A stretch of DNA of 64,000 nucleotides from Felis catus. Taxonomy: Eukaryota. Position 1 is the stretch's first letter, and every line of letters begins with the position of its first letter. Under the pieces are notes generated by a model. That model saw only the letters and a program-made list of their open reading frames with translations. It ran no database searches and was not told the DNA's origin. The stretch covers positions 50,284,001-50,348,000 of the forward strand of contig NC_058382.1 in the NCBI RefSeq assembly GCF_018350175.1, written 5' to 3'. This document shows, in pieces, positions 34,665 through 47,778 of the stretch. A program made the position numbers and the translations under genes.

Positions 34665-36869
34665 ATGGTATCTTTTTTACAAATGTACTTAGCGTTGTGT
34701 ATACAGATCACTGACAATAGTAATAATACCTGGATACTGAGATTTTGGAATGATTTCTGTTTTTTGAAATTTTCTGTATTGTTTGATTTTTTTAATCAAT
34801 AAAAACTTTGCTACCATGGAGTTTTTTAAAAAGGGGACCGAGTTATGTTTTATAGGAATGTTTATATAATTAAAAATAAAACATCTCATTTTTATAAACA
34901 ACTCTAGGTTTTTGTTTTGTTATTAACCAAGTAAAAGGAAATTCATTACCCTTATAACTGTGCTAAAGCTTGCCAGTGTAACTGTACTAGATGATTCAGC
35001 TTTTCTATTATTCACTTAGATGCAATACTTTTTCATTTTTAACAATATCTGTGCAGTTTGTGATTCATTCCAGTTGGTTTGGTGAGTTATGTTCCATTGC
35101 TGTACCTCCTTACAAAAGAGAAATACAGACTTTAATAAGAGTCATTACTTTGTTGAAATTAAACAAGTCAGTAATTTTTTCCAAGTGGTCCCCCCAAACA
35201 TGTCAGAATATTATTTTGGTAATTTTGTACTTGATTCTGTTACAGAGCTGCGATTCTCTCATATACAGAAGTTCTGTTGGTTTGACTATATGGATAAGAT
35301 CTAGATAACACCCCCTCTTTCATCTTACCCATTATTCTTTTATCAGTGCATTCCTCCATTACTTCATTAAGAAACAAATAATACCATGATTGTATTGACT
35401 GAACATGTTCAAATCATGATGTATGCAGCCACTGTGAATTTTAGTCGTTCCTGTCTCTTTTTTCTTTTTCTAAGGTTTGTCTCCTTTTGTAGGATATAAT
35501 CACAATCTAATTTGATTATATCATACATATACAAAATAACATATTTATCTGGCTCAAAAGGGAAATCCTAAAAAGGCCATATGTCACTGGCCCTAAGTAA
35601 ACATGATTTATGGTAAGACGACACTCTTTAAGTGATTAGGAAAATATGATAAGACAGCACCCTTTAAATGACTGAGTTGAGAAAAATAGCTCAATCCAGC
35701 AATTACAAGCATGCCATGCTAAGCATGACACAAACTCGTCTCTGAGTCATGCACTATATCCTATCTCCTTCCTTCTTGACAATGAAATGTCCTCAGTTCT
35801 GTCTGGCCCTTGATCCCTGTCCAGGTTCTGTAGTGGACTGGATACAAATGACCTGCACCCTCAGTTTCAGACACACAAGCTTTGGGCAGATGTAGATGTC
35901 TCCATGAATAGAAAATAGATATGATATTTGAAGCAATTGTCTAGATAACTAAGGCACTAACACATTTTTCCTTTAAAAACATCAACACTCTGATGCCTGT
36001 ATTGACCAAATTGGTCTTTTTCTTTGCTGTCTGAGAAAACACTTATGTAGACATAGTTAAGGAAACAAAGAAGAGATTTGAAAGTGGAATTTAATCTTAC
36101 AATCAAACTTTCTCTTCTCCAGTCTCTTTCATGTTAATTATATTTTCAAGTGGCAAAATATTTGAGGCTCCTTGGAAATGAGCCCCGATAGAATTTTTAG
36201 TAAGTTACCAACACTCTCTTAGCAATGAGCCTCAATAATGAGGAAGATTGTGCATTTCTCATCTTTTTTGTTTAACTCTTGAACATAATCCATATTGCTA
36301 CATATCTTTATAAACTAGGCTAAGACGTGAGACCATTTAGAAAAATTATTGAGATAAATGGGATTACTATGCCTTAATTGTCATACTGGATTAAAAAAAT
36401 AAAACATAGCATTTTTTTCAGTAATTAAACTATGAAAATCAGTCTTCTTTTCCTAATGGTGCCTATGTTGACATAACAGTACATGTTGAAATTTGCTATC
36501 TAGCTGAGTAGAAATTGATGTTGCCCTTAATTTGGATCCATTATTCCGCCTCCAATGGTCTTTTATATTATTATCTCTGCTCTGAGAGCACTAAGATATA
36601 TCAAACCCTCTCAGAGAAGGGATGTGTGACCTTGCTCATTGTATCTTTCTTTGAGACTCTGTAAACAGAATGACGTGATGTGTGCAGTAAATCCTACCAT
36701 AAAAATATCAAATGTGTAAATTTGATTAGTAATAATAGTAAAAATAGAATATACATTAATAAGATTATGGAGGAAAATTTTAAGATCCAAAGGTGTCTAT
36801 TTTGTGTTTATCAAACTTAATCTCATTAAGTTTTAGGATAGTATCATACAGGATCCTTCAACTCAATCT

Positions 36870-37320
36870 TTGTTCGTTCATTTATGAATTCAGATATTTT
36901 ACTAAACATTATATGTCAGACATTCTGCTCTGCTCATTGGACACAGAGATAAATAGGAGACCACGACTGCCCTCAGGAGCTCACAGCACAGGGGGAAACC
37001 AATATGGAGTCTGAGGGCTTTAATGAAGTTTGGCGGGTACAACCATAGAAATACATATGGGTTATTAGTGTAGCATTGGGAGGACTCATGAACCAACCTG
37101 GGGCTGGCCTGGGAAGTTTCCGAGAAGAAGCTACAGATAATCTGAGATTTGAAGGCCCGGCAACAGTGTCAGCAGAGGATTAGGGAGTCTTCTTAGCCAT
37201 GGAGAGCCCGGGGGGGGGGGGGGGCGGGGGTGGTCGCGGGGGGGGGGGGGATAGCCTGGGGCTAGGGTGAGCAGCAAGGGGACCAGGTAGGGTCTCCAGT
37301 ATGGAGGTGGGAGACAGGAA
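36870..37320 (-). mobile_element. L2 fragment containing long G runs
   Basis: ttcgttcattt...cattatatgtcagacattctgct...ctgccctcaggagctcacag. Confidence 0.6.
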
Positions 37321-37537
37321 AGAAGCCGGCAGTGTCTTGAGCATAGTCATTATTTTTAGTGTTTAGTATAAAAAAAAGCGTTGTCCTAATAGAATGTATT
37401 ACTCTTGAGAATTCCCCTTGGCTAGGGAAAAAACCCAGTATTTTTGTTTACAACCAAGAATAATTTATATGCGATGCACTTATTTTATCTTTAAATATTT
37501 AGTAAAATATATTGGAATGAAATTTTGTGCCCATATA

Positions 37538-37875
37538 TTTTTTTAATTTTTAAAAATTATAGTGTAATTTTTATACTGTACTATATAGTATAGTGACATA
37601 ATGTTAGTTTCAGGTGTACAACATAGTGATTCTCTATATGTTATGCTATGTTCACCATAAGTGTAGCTACCGTCTGTTACCATACATCACCATTACAATA
37701 CCATTGACTATATTCCCCTTGTTGTACCTTTTATTCTCCCGACTTCAAAATTCACTCTCTCACTGGAAGCCTAAATCTCCCACTTCCCTTCACTCATTTA
37801 CTTATCGCCCCCCCCACCCCTGCTCCCCTGGCAACTATCAGCTTGTTCTCTGTATTTGTAGGTCTGATTCTGCTG
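37538..37875 (-). mobile_element. L1 3' end (L1MA9/carnivore-like)
   Basis: ttagttttcaggtgtacaacatagtgatt...tggcaactatcagcttgttctctgtatt. Confidence 0.8.
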
Positions 37876-38440
37876 GAAAAAACAGTATTCTTGATACTAA
37901 TGCTCACATTAATTCCATTTGAAACCTATCTTTTTTTCTGGAAAATGTTCAACCTGTTCAAAATACAAGCTCAGTTGTCCAAACTATAGATTCTCGAGTG
38001 CTGATCTACTGCACTCCCTCTGGATTATTTGGTACCAAGGCAGGACTAACAGTGATTTAGCAAATGACTTACAAAGAATTATAAAGAATTCTCTCTGTGT
38101 GTAAGGGCAGTTGGAAGAAGGGCGCTGAGACAGAAGAGGGTTGGGAAGACCAGAAGCAGGGGATGCCCAAGTGAGGAGCAGTTATCTGCAATGTTTCCTG
38201 CTGAAAAGACAGATAGAATAAGGAGGGAGAAAAGGAAAAAGACATTGATGGGAGGGGATTGTTTCCCTGTAAGAAGTTATGGTAGAATGATGAGAATCCT
38301 ACACAGATAAAAATTCAGTTTGCAGTGGCGTAAGGAATGAAGGGTAGTGTAGTGCTTAGAGACTGTGCCTCAAGTTTAAGGCATTTGATGGTGAAAGAAA
38401 ACATGGAGACAGCTTTGAGGGAGGGCAGTGGGTGCATACA

Positions 38441-38754
38441 TAGTTGTCCCTTGAACAACATGGGTTTGAACTCTGCGGGTCCACTTATGTGTGGCTTTTT
38501 TTTTTCCTGGTAAGTACAGTACTGTGAATGTATTTTCTCTTCCTTATGATTTTCTTAATAATATTTTCTTTAGCTTATTTTAAGAATATAGTATATAATA
38601 CATACAATATACAAAATATGCATCAGTTGACTATGTTATCAATAAAGCTTCCAGTCAACACTAGGCTATTAATGGTGATGTTTTGGGACATCCAGATTTT
38701 CACCTGTTCTGGGTGTTGGTGCCCCACACCCCCATGTTGCTCAAGGGTCAACTG
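38441..38754. mobile_element. Tigger2-like non-autonomous DNA transposon
   Basis: TIRs tagttgtcccttgaacaacatg / catgttgctcaagggtcaactg, followed by TA and a (TA/CA)n tract to ~38815. Confidence 0.85.
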
Positions 38755-40094
38755 TATGTATATATACATATACATATATGTATACACACACATATACACA
38801 CACACACACACACATGTTCTGTAAGGCAGCACGTGTGATCCCATTTTAGTTTAAAGGACTCTTTTTGGGTTTCATTTCGTTCTGTTTAGGATCAGAAATG
38901 AATTCAAGCTTCTAAAATACTGTTACTACTTTGTGCCTGTGTAACACATTCATTGTTCTTCAGATACTTAAAGTCCTTCACATACCTTTGCTAAAGTTGT
39001 TCAGTGTTTTAAAGATGAGCTATTTCATGTCAGCTGAGTGCTCAGGGAGGCTGCTTCCTAGAGAGGCAAAGCGTCTCTTTCTCAAGAAGCTTACAGCTTA
39101 AGTTAAAAATAAACCTCAGGAAAATGTTCATAGGAAGACATTTATAAAAATTCTGAAAATGTTCTACTAAAGATGTATTTAGGTAAGAACATGTCAAACT
39201 CTCTGATAATATTCATCGTAAATATAGATTTTTCTCCTCTCCTATATGAAGGATGAGAAGTGGTTGGAATGGAAATAAAACATCTTACTCTGGTTCACTT
39301 TTAACTTTTACTATATTAACTTCAATTCCCAGTCTTTTCTGGTAAAATCATGTGTTTTTTTTTTTTATCAACTTTCCAATACCAGAATCACTTTGTAAAT
39401 AAGATCTGAATGTTCAAGTCACAGAAGAACCCACGAGAGAAATAAAACAATTGTATCTTCTTACTCTCCATGGCCTTGAAGATTTCACTGATTTAATAAC
39501 CCTCAAGTACATTTAGGATTATTGCATTTCAAGCAAAATAATTGTCTGCCAATTATTACATTAAAAAAGAAACTTCTATTACCTTTGAAATAAAGTAATT
39601 TCTTTCTTTGAATGAATAGAATTAAGTTGGAGGTGATTTTGATGTTATTGAAGAGGCCTTAATCACACTGTCTATTTAAGCTGTTTATCCAGATCTTTTC
39701 ATGAGAATGCCTAAGGGATGTCCCCCCCACCCTCATTACTACACGATTGGGAAAATATTAGATCTTAATAGCAAGCCATACTGGTACATTTTCTACTAGG
39801 ATCTTTTTTTAATCTGGAATTTAATTTAAGGATTTAATCTAATTTTCTCTTGAATTGCTCATTTTTTTTTCACACGGTTGAAGTGTGGGTTATCATTTAA
39901 GAAAACCTCCCAATTATTCAGTATTGTGTGAATACACCAACATTCGAATAAAAATTAAAAAGGAGTTTGAGGTATCTGAAGATGTCTCTTACCGCATCAC
40001 TTTTATTGAAGATACAATTTAATGCTGAATATAGAAGAAAATGTATCCCATTTGCAAAGCTATTTAGAAAAGATAATAATAATCCCTGGGACTT

Positions 40095-40290
40095 CCTGAT
40101 CACATAGCATCTGCCAGGCATTGCTCAAATGATTTGCGTTCATTATGGTACTTATTTCTCCCAGCAACCGTACAGGATAGATACTAGTATTATCACCCAA
40201 GGCACAGAGAGGTTAAGTAACTTAAATAAAGTCACACAGCTGGTGAGAACAGAGTCCAGAATCCATACTCAAGCAGTCTATTCAGAGCTA
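40095..40290 (-). mobile_element. MIR
   Basis: aggcacagagaggttaagtaactt...gtcacacagctggtgag MIR core. Confidence 0.85.
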
Positions 40291-40529
40291 TAGCTGATTC
40301 TCAAATTATACCCTTTGTGTAACATTTCATTGCTCAACAACTGTTAGCAACAAGAACTGGTCTTTAAATGTAGTATTAAACTTTGGCAACCAACAAAAAT
40401 TGAGAAATAGCTGACTGCTTACTAGCTGCAATATTTTACATAAATCTATCTCAGAAATTTAGTAGATTCATCTCATAACGGAAACTTAAAACTGTTTTTC
40501 ATGTGTTTTCTTGAGTATTGTTTGTATTC

Positions 40530-40985
40530 TTTCTGTATCCTAGTTCAAATGATCAATAGAAATGCTGAACAGGACAGCCCTGGCCAGCGTCCCCTGTCAC
40601 AAAACGTAAATGTCACTCACGGTGGAAATCAATCCAGCAGCTTTGGCAAATGATAGATAAAATGCAAAATCATTGAAGAGTACTGAGTCCACATTTCACC
40701 GTTTTTTTTTTTTTAATTTTTTTTAATGTTTATTTTGAGACAGAGAGAGACACAGCATGAGCAGAGAGAGAGGGAGACACAGAATGTGAAGCAGGCTCCG
40801 GGCTCTGAGCTGTCAGCACAGAGCCCGACGCGGGGCTCAAACTCACAAACTGTGAGATCATGACCTGAGTCGAAGTCGGACGCTTAACTGACTGAACCAC
40901 CCAGGCGCCCCCATTTCACCGTTTTGTCAGTTCAGATGGAAAGTTTCACCAAACGCCTTGGCAAAATTCAAATACTCACATGTTT
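40530..40985 (-). mobile_element. L3/CR1 reverse-transcriptase relic split by a SINE
   Basis: Minus-strand translations NFAKAFGETFH (cf. DFSKAFDxVPH) and QGTLARAVLFSISIDHL (cf. QGSVLGPVLFNIFINDL). Confidence 0.65.
40706..40911 (-). mobile_element. Can-SINE
   Basis: TSD catttcaccgtttt (40692 / 40912). Confidence 0.95.
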
Positions 40986-42401
40986 TAGGGGTGAACCTTT
41001 AAAAGGGCCAAGGCAGTGTTTCTGCCAGGCTACTATAATCTCTGACATTACACTTAGCCATGAGAGGATGTTTATAAGTGTACAGGAATGAATGTGCCAT
41101 AGAAGCAAGGTGTCTTGAAGGTTATTCAAGCGGGAGAGGAGGGATGACCCTACTCATGACTTTCTGCTGTATACTAAGATCTTGAAAGAAATGGTGTCTT
41201 CTCACTATGTGGAAAGGCTCTTGGTCAGGGACAAAGTGCAGATGATTGGGCTTTCAAGCAGTATTCTCTTCCATTTGGATCCTAACCAAAAAAAGTAGTG
41301 AATTTTGTGTTGGGGAAGCCTCAGCAAAGAAAACCAGTTGTACCTGCAGTAAATAGATTATCCACAGTAGGTTTCCGGAGCTGAGCAAAGAAGCAAGAGA
41401 AACCAAGTCCACAGGGGAGGATGCAGAAGATGTAGGAAAGGGGAGGAACAGAAAAGAGACAGTTGAAGTCAATGAAAGGTGAAGTACAAGAACACGCGCT
41501 TGTGTACCTGGCATACGGTGCCAGCCAAGATGCCCGCAGCATGAAGAATGCTGACCCAGCTAGCCTGGGTAAAGGATTCTTCCGGCTCCGACGTGAAATT
41601 CCTGTCAGCATCATATGCCTATATGTTGTTGTGCTTTTCGTTTAATCACTCAGTGCATTTGTTTAGAAGTTTACCTAGAGGGTCACTAAGTAATTCTTTT
41701 TTTTTTTTTTAATGATGCTTGCTAGTGTTCTGGTTAAATTATTTGGTGAAAGCAAAAATAATGTGGAAAGCTTTAAGTGCAATGTTCCTCATGCCCAGAC
41801 TGAAGTCCAACTCCAGATGATGTCAAGAACTGAATCTGTCTGGTCTTGTACTTATGTGGGATGAAATAACCACAGAGCATAAAATGGGGCTTGTACAAGG
41901 AATCGCTAGTGAGATATGTGAGATTATTTAAATTTAAATGAGAAAATCTTCTCATACACATATTTTTTCCTATTCTTTAATCATCTTGGTTGTCTCAAGT
42001 TAAAAACACCAGTAGTACAAGATTTTGCACACATACACACACACACACAATTTATTTTTAGATTTTAAAGTTAAATCTAATTCAAGAGACAAGATTGGAA
42101 ATATTTCACTGATTGAAAATGTTACGATATGAAAAAAATCTTAAATGCCATTTAAAATATGAGTCTTCAAATGACATGCTTAGCTTCTTTTCACTGTGAG
42201 CATAAAGCTCTACTCTGTGGTGGGTGGCTGGGGGGCATGGAGCTTAATAATCTGATTCATTACTTCAGAAGTAAGCATTTGAATTTGGGTTGTCCTTTGG
42301 AGATACTTTAATGATTACAAATATCAAAACAGATTGAGGTCTCATAAATCCCAGAATCTGTCATGATAATTGTCGTGTCCTATCTACCAATTTTTCTTTA
42401 A

Positions 42402-42610
42402 AAATTTTGTTTTGTTTTTATTTTATTTTGAAAGAGAGACAGAGTGTGAACGGGGAAAGGACAGAGAGAGAGGGAGACACAGAATCTGAAGCAGGCTTCG
42501 GGCTCTGAGCTGTCAACCCAGAGCCTGACGTGGGGCTCGAATCACGGACTGTGAGATCATGACTTGAGCCGAAGCCAGACACCCAACCGCCTGAGCCACC
42601 CAGGTGCCCC
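42402..42610 (-). mobile_element. Can-SINE
   Basis: Perfect TSD tatctaccaatttttctttaa (42381 / 42611). Confidence 0.95.
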
Positions 42611-43249
42611 TATCTACCAATTTTTCTTTAAGAACAGTAATAATTGGATTTGGAAACTCTGTACTAGTATACATCAGTAGCAAAACCCCTGAATTTTTCA
42701 CATGGACAATCTGCATTTCCCCTACTGACCACAGCTGCATTTTGCCACACTACTGTCTCCAGATTTGGGCTGATTTGACAGTTTGAATCTTGCAGATCAG
42801 GTAGGTAGACCAGTGAAACACTGAGCAAATCATGAGCAGATGGATTTCTGGACTTTGTTGGGTTTTATCTTTGGGTATTTTAGGTTCAAAGTCATCTTGA
42901 AATTTATGTTTTTAATTCCTACATTTATAATGATATGTAAGCCAGAAAAAATTGCTATTTTCTATTTCCCTTCCACAATTTTTGTGTATTTTGTGCTTAC
43001 AATGAACTGTTAGATCACACAAAGGATTGGTTTTACCCATTTATTAATATACTACCTCCATACTTCAACCTAGTCTCATGATCTATGATATTAACCAGAG
43101 TATGGTTGTTTCATCACACCTTCAGAGGACATCCTGTTTCGATAGCAGATACTTTTATGGAATCTAGGTTGGCTTTACGAACCCCCATAGGAAGATGTTC
43201 TCCTGAAGAGAATTGGGTCCCAGCCAGGATGGTTAGATTATACAGCTCC

Positions 43250-43478
43250 AGGAGCTGCTGGGTGGTTCAGTTGGTTAAACATCCAACTTCAACTCAGGTC
43301 ATGATCTCATGATTTGTGGGTTCAAGCCCCATGTCCAGCTCTGCACTGACAGCTCAGAGCCTGGAGCCTTCTTCGGATTCTGTGTCTCCATCTCTCTCTC
43401 TGCCCCTCCCCCACTCATGCTCTGTCTCTCTCCATCTCTCTCAGAAATGAATAAACATTAAAAAAAATTAAAAAAAAA
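43250..43478 (+). mobile_element. Can-SINE
   Basis: TSD tt(a/g)tacagctc. Confidence 0.95.
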
Positions 43479-43811
43479 TTGTACAGCTCTGTAGGGACTC
43501 AACTACACCGTTGAAATGGTGTGGCCTGGGAGAACACCTAACCTGAGAAATATGACCAAAGTGGCATGAACTAAAATCAATAAAATCAATCAGGAAATCA
43601 CAAAGCATATATTCTGGGCTATGAAGCAGAACATTTTCCCTCAGTGGTAGAGAAATTGTCAGTAAGTGGCCTTGATTAAGAATAAAGTGAACATGAACCA
43701 GCATTTCACACATCTGTTGGGAAAGGATGGTCCAGGAATTCCTTCTCAGTATTCAACCACTTTACAGTAGATTCTGGAAATAGTGTGCTGAAGAGGAAAG
43801 AAGGAAATCCT

Positions 43812-44010
43812 CATTTATTGAGCACTTACAAAGAGTACATTTTGTGCAAGGCTCTGTATGGGATTCTCATGGCCGCTCTTGTGAGATAATTATTCCCTTT
43901 TACAGTTAAAGTCAGTGAGGCCCAGAGACATGGAGTCATTGTGACACATCAGAGTCAGAGGCAGACTCTACAGCCAGGGCCATTTAATTTATGATCCTGT
44001 GCTCATCCCC
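43812..44010 (-). mobile_element. MIR
   Basis: catttattgagcacttac...ttttacag...tgaggcccagaga. Confidence 0.7.
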
Positions 44011-44454
44011 AAACCATATAATTTGTTAATTTCATTGTTCATTTGTTTCGATAGAAGATGTTCTTTTATTTAACAAGTAATTCCTGGTAAGTCTCTAATA
44101 TTTCAGACCTTGTCTCCTCTCTCAGACCCTCCTGATACATCTCTCGTTTGCTGGTGTTCCTTGTGATTCTGTGCTAGACCCTTTTGATCATACTCTGCAC
44201 GCTTTTCACAGGCACCCTCATCCCCTTCCATGGGTGTAATTCTCTCCCTAACCAGTGTGCTGGCTTCACTGATACCCACCATTACATTCTTCAGTGAAAT
44301 ATATTCATTGATTCCCACGGGATGTTGAACCATTGTGCCTGGGATATTGCATTTCCACTTTTCCTCCTGCTGGTAGAGTTGTATGCTTATCTTGGTCAGT
44401 GGGTTTTGTTCCCAAACCTGTTCAGGCAAGTTGGACATGTTATATTGTTTTCTG

Positions 44455-44629
44455 TATTTTATTTTTTTTTAAGTTTGTTTATTTTTAGGGGGGTGGGGGT
44501 GGGCAGAGAGAGGGAATCCCAAGAAGGCTCTGCATTATCAGTAGAGTGTGATGTGGGGAACCGTGAGATCATGACCTGAGCCTAGATCAAGAGTCAGATG
44601 CTTAACCGACTGAGCCACCCAGGTCCCCC
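44455..44629 (-). mobile_element. Can-SINE
   Basis: gaatcccaagaaggctc...gagccacccaggtcccc. Confidence 0.9.
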
Positions 44630-45029
44630 CTGTATTCTGTATTTTAGGTACAGATTATGCCAATTGAAAATAGATTCAGACAAAAACAGAGTTGTTTCTA
44701 TAAAAATCATGTTGAGTGCATTGGAAAGACTTGTTATAGGAAGTCATGAATTTTTTTTCCCTGTTGATTTAAAGGCAGAAAAGATAAGAGAATAATAAAA
44801 ATCTAGATTTCTGTGCTCTGATATTTTTCACAATGTTTTGATGTTCTCATTCCACTTTAAAAACTTGAAACCAGAAACAATTACATAATGCTTTGTAGGT
44901 AAAGTTTTGCTTTCAGGGTAATGGAAAACAAAAAGTAGTAAACCTATCCTAAACCAGAAAATCTTTTGTGTGTTTTAAGTTAAAGTGTTTAAAACCTATT
45001 ACTATTTTATGCTTTTTCCTTTAGCTAAC

Positions 45030-47080
45030 GTTTTCATTTAAACAGGGAAATTGAGGAAAATTAATGGGGTGGGCAGGGTTTAGGGAAATTAGTGAAGAAT
45101 AATGCAGTAATTCAGTGCTACAGACCTAGCAACAGTGAGGGACACTTTATTTCCCCTGTACTTGAGGAGACCCGGGGACAGTAGCTTGGCCTTTGGTAGA
45201 GGGGCAATTAAGGTTGATCCAGGAAGAAGGAAGCCATAGAAAAAGCCACCGACCTCTTTTTCTGCCTCTGATATCCAGCTGGTGCCCGCTATTGGAGAGA
45301 TTAATAAAAGACACATAGCATAATCCATCACTTTTGTCTTTTACATCTGCTTTTGATTTTTATATGGTTGGAAAATTTGTGCACTCAACAGTGAACTCAC
45401 AAATCTCATTACATAATGTAACATCTTGAGGAAATACCAAATAGAACATATTCCCAACTGTAAAATGCTAGCTGTGCCACTGCTGTTCATATAAGGTAGC
45501 AGGGAGAAGTGGGGGGTGCAGTTGACGACAGTGACAGCAAACATTACTGGAACAGCCCCCATTTGTATAGTTCATCACAAAGCCACAGTCAGTAATCAGA
45601 ACGTTATTCTTCTACTACAACCATTTCTGTGTTTCGCTTATTGTGCATTACAACCTTGAAATTAATGGCATTCTTTTTCTGGAGGGGTGAGTCAACCCTT
45701 CATTTCTAAAAAAATCCTTGAATATTTAGTGTTCCTATTCTTCATGGAGTTGCCTTAGTTTTTCATTGTCCAGGACTATTGGATAATGGTGTACTAAGGG
45801 ACGTCCTCTTTGGTCCCCTAAATTTCACATAAAATTTTGTTTGCACATACCCCTCTGCACCATTGTGTAGCAGCGACTCCGTTCCCTCTCAGTAAGAAAA
45901 TCAGCTTCTTGGCCCCCTTCTTATTTTGTGTATACAGCACATGAGGACCTCACAATGAGAGACTTGCCTCATTACTCAACTCTGTCAATCCTTAACTGTA
46001 TTTTTCGGTGGAAACTTTGCTCCTTTTGACCCTAGGACTTTCAAACTCCTTCAGTCATAGTGTTGCCGGACAAAGAAATAAAAAATTTATCAAGTGATAA
46101 CAATGATGAGGACACTCCTACCTCTACCTCGTGGTTTTTGGACCCACAGATTCCTGCACATTACATTAACTGCTCGCCTAAAGCATAGCCGTATTTTGTT
46201 GTACTGTCCTTGACCTTGCAACGCAATGTCTCTTAACTGGCTTCAGAGACTGGAGCATGTGATAAGTCCAGTGATTTATATGGGAATGAGCCTGTTGTTA
46301 ACTCCCTTTGCTGTAAAAGGTGTTACCCTGGTTTGAGGCAATGTTACATGGGATGAAATGGTAATGCATAAGTTATTCTATAAGTCAGGGATGATAGGAG
46401 CTGGATACCACCTGAGACTCTAGGGGATGAGGTGTTCCTTCAAAGTTGCCATCAAGACTTTCGGATTTTCCCCTTGTTTTGTAAATTGGACAATCTTGGT
46501 TTTCCATTTCTCTTTTTATCCAGATACATCCTCTACACCTCTCAGGAGCATCCAGCTGACTCTGTTCTCATTAATATTACTAATTCTACCATAGCAGCTA
46601 GTAAGTGTTATGGCCGCATGACCTCTTACATCCTGCTTTCCACGTGCGTCTCATACCAGGTCATCACCAGGGAAAATCTGAATCATCATGATGCCACTTC
46701 ATCTCGTGGCTTTCCATGAGGCTCTCAAAAATACCAACAACCCATTCTCAGAGTCCCATTTGAAAATTCATTTCTGGGGCATTTCTCGTACCACTTACTA
46801 TATCTGCCAAGATTCTCACATGAAACACAGGACATACAATAGGATAATTGAAGAGAATTTGTTAAAGGGACTGTGTATAGAAGTGTGGACAGGATTTAAT
46901 GATACCCAGTAAGGACGGCGTATGCTATAAGGACAATTGACAATAGGAAGATTTTGCTCTTTGAGCGTCTCCAGCCTTTATTTACTCTTGTGCAGTAAAA
47001 AAGGTGAAGGGAGCAGGCTGCAACAGAGGGTAGCTGCAGGGAAAGAGCTACTTCCTTTCTTAGCTTCCAGTCTTCCATGT
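45030..47080 (-). mobile_element. Ancient, internally deleted ERV-L provirus (two related LTRs plus an integrase/dUTPase-region remnant)
   Basis: Related LTR motifs at ~45040-45150 and ~46830-46960. 45860-46160 resembles the ERV-L pol 3' region (antisense ...tttggacccacagattcctg). The junction catttctcgtaccacttac|ta at 46780-46800 resembles the ERV-L 5'LTR/internal boundary. Confidence 0.65.
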
Positions 47081-47159
47081 GACAGGTCTGTCTTTTTTAA
47101 TTGGAAGGGGAGTGAGAAGACCATCCTTCTCCTTTTGCCCTTACCCATAGAAATAAACT

Positions 47160-47160
<1 letters not shown>

Positions 47161-47200
<40 letters not shown>
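47161..47200. repeat. (GT)20 microsatellite
   Basis: Direct. Confidence 0.95.
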
Positions 47201-47203
<3 letters not shown>

Positions 47204-47707
47204 TACGTACTCACATGTACACTAACATTTTCAGCAGTTTTTAGATATCTGTAACTATACTGAAATAAAAATAACATGTATTTTTCAAGATACACTGAGA
47301 TGTAGAGAAGAGACTAAAGTCACTGAAGCTTTCATTGACATATAGGAAATAATATGGGTTGATTATTGCTATATGCTAAGAAATATGTGAGAAAATATTT
47401 CATAGAATACCAGTAATACTCTGAAGAATGGTATAATTTTTAAATGGATAATTATAATGCATGCATAATTCCCTTCATATAGAGACCTGTGTTTGGATTG
47501 TGTTCTGCATGGACACATAGGAATAATACTATACATGTATTTCATGGTTTATAATTGCTCACCAGAATATTTCTAAGTAGAATAGCATGAATAATCTGCC
47601 ATCAGTAATAGCTTGTATTTTTGTAACTATGACGACTCTTCCACAATGCAAATCATAAGATGAGATGGTTTGAATGAGAATCACTCCTGTAAAGCTCTTG
47701 GCCAGAA

Positions 47708-47724
47708 ACACACACGCGCGCCCG

Positions 47725-47778
<54 letters not shown>
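47708..47778. repeat. Compound (CA)n(CG)n(CA)n microsatellite
   Basis: Direct. Confidence 0.95.
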
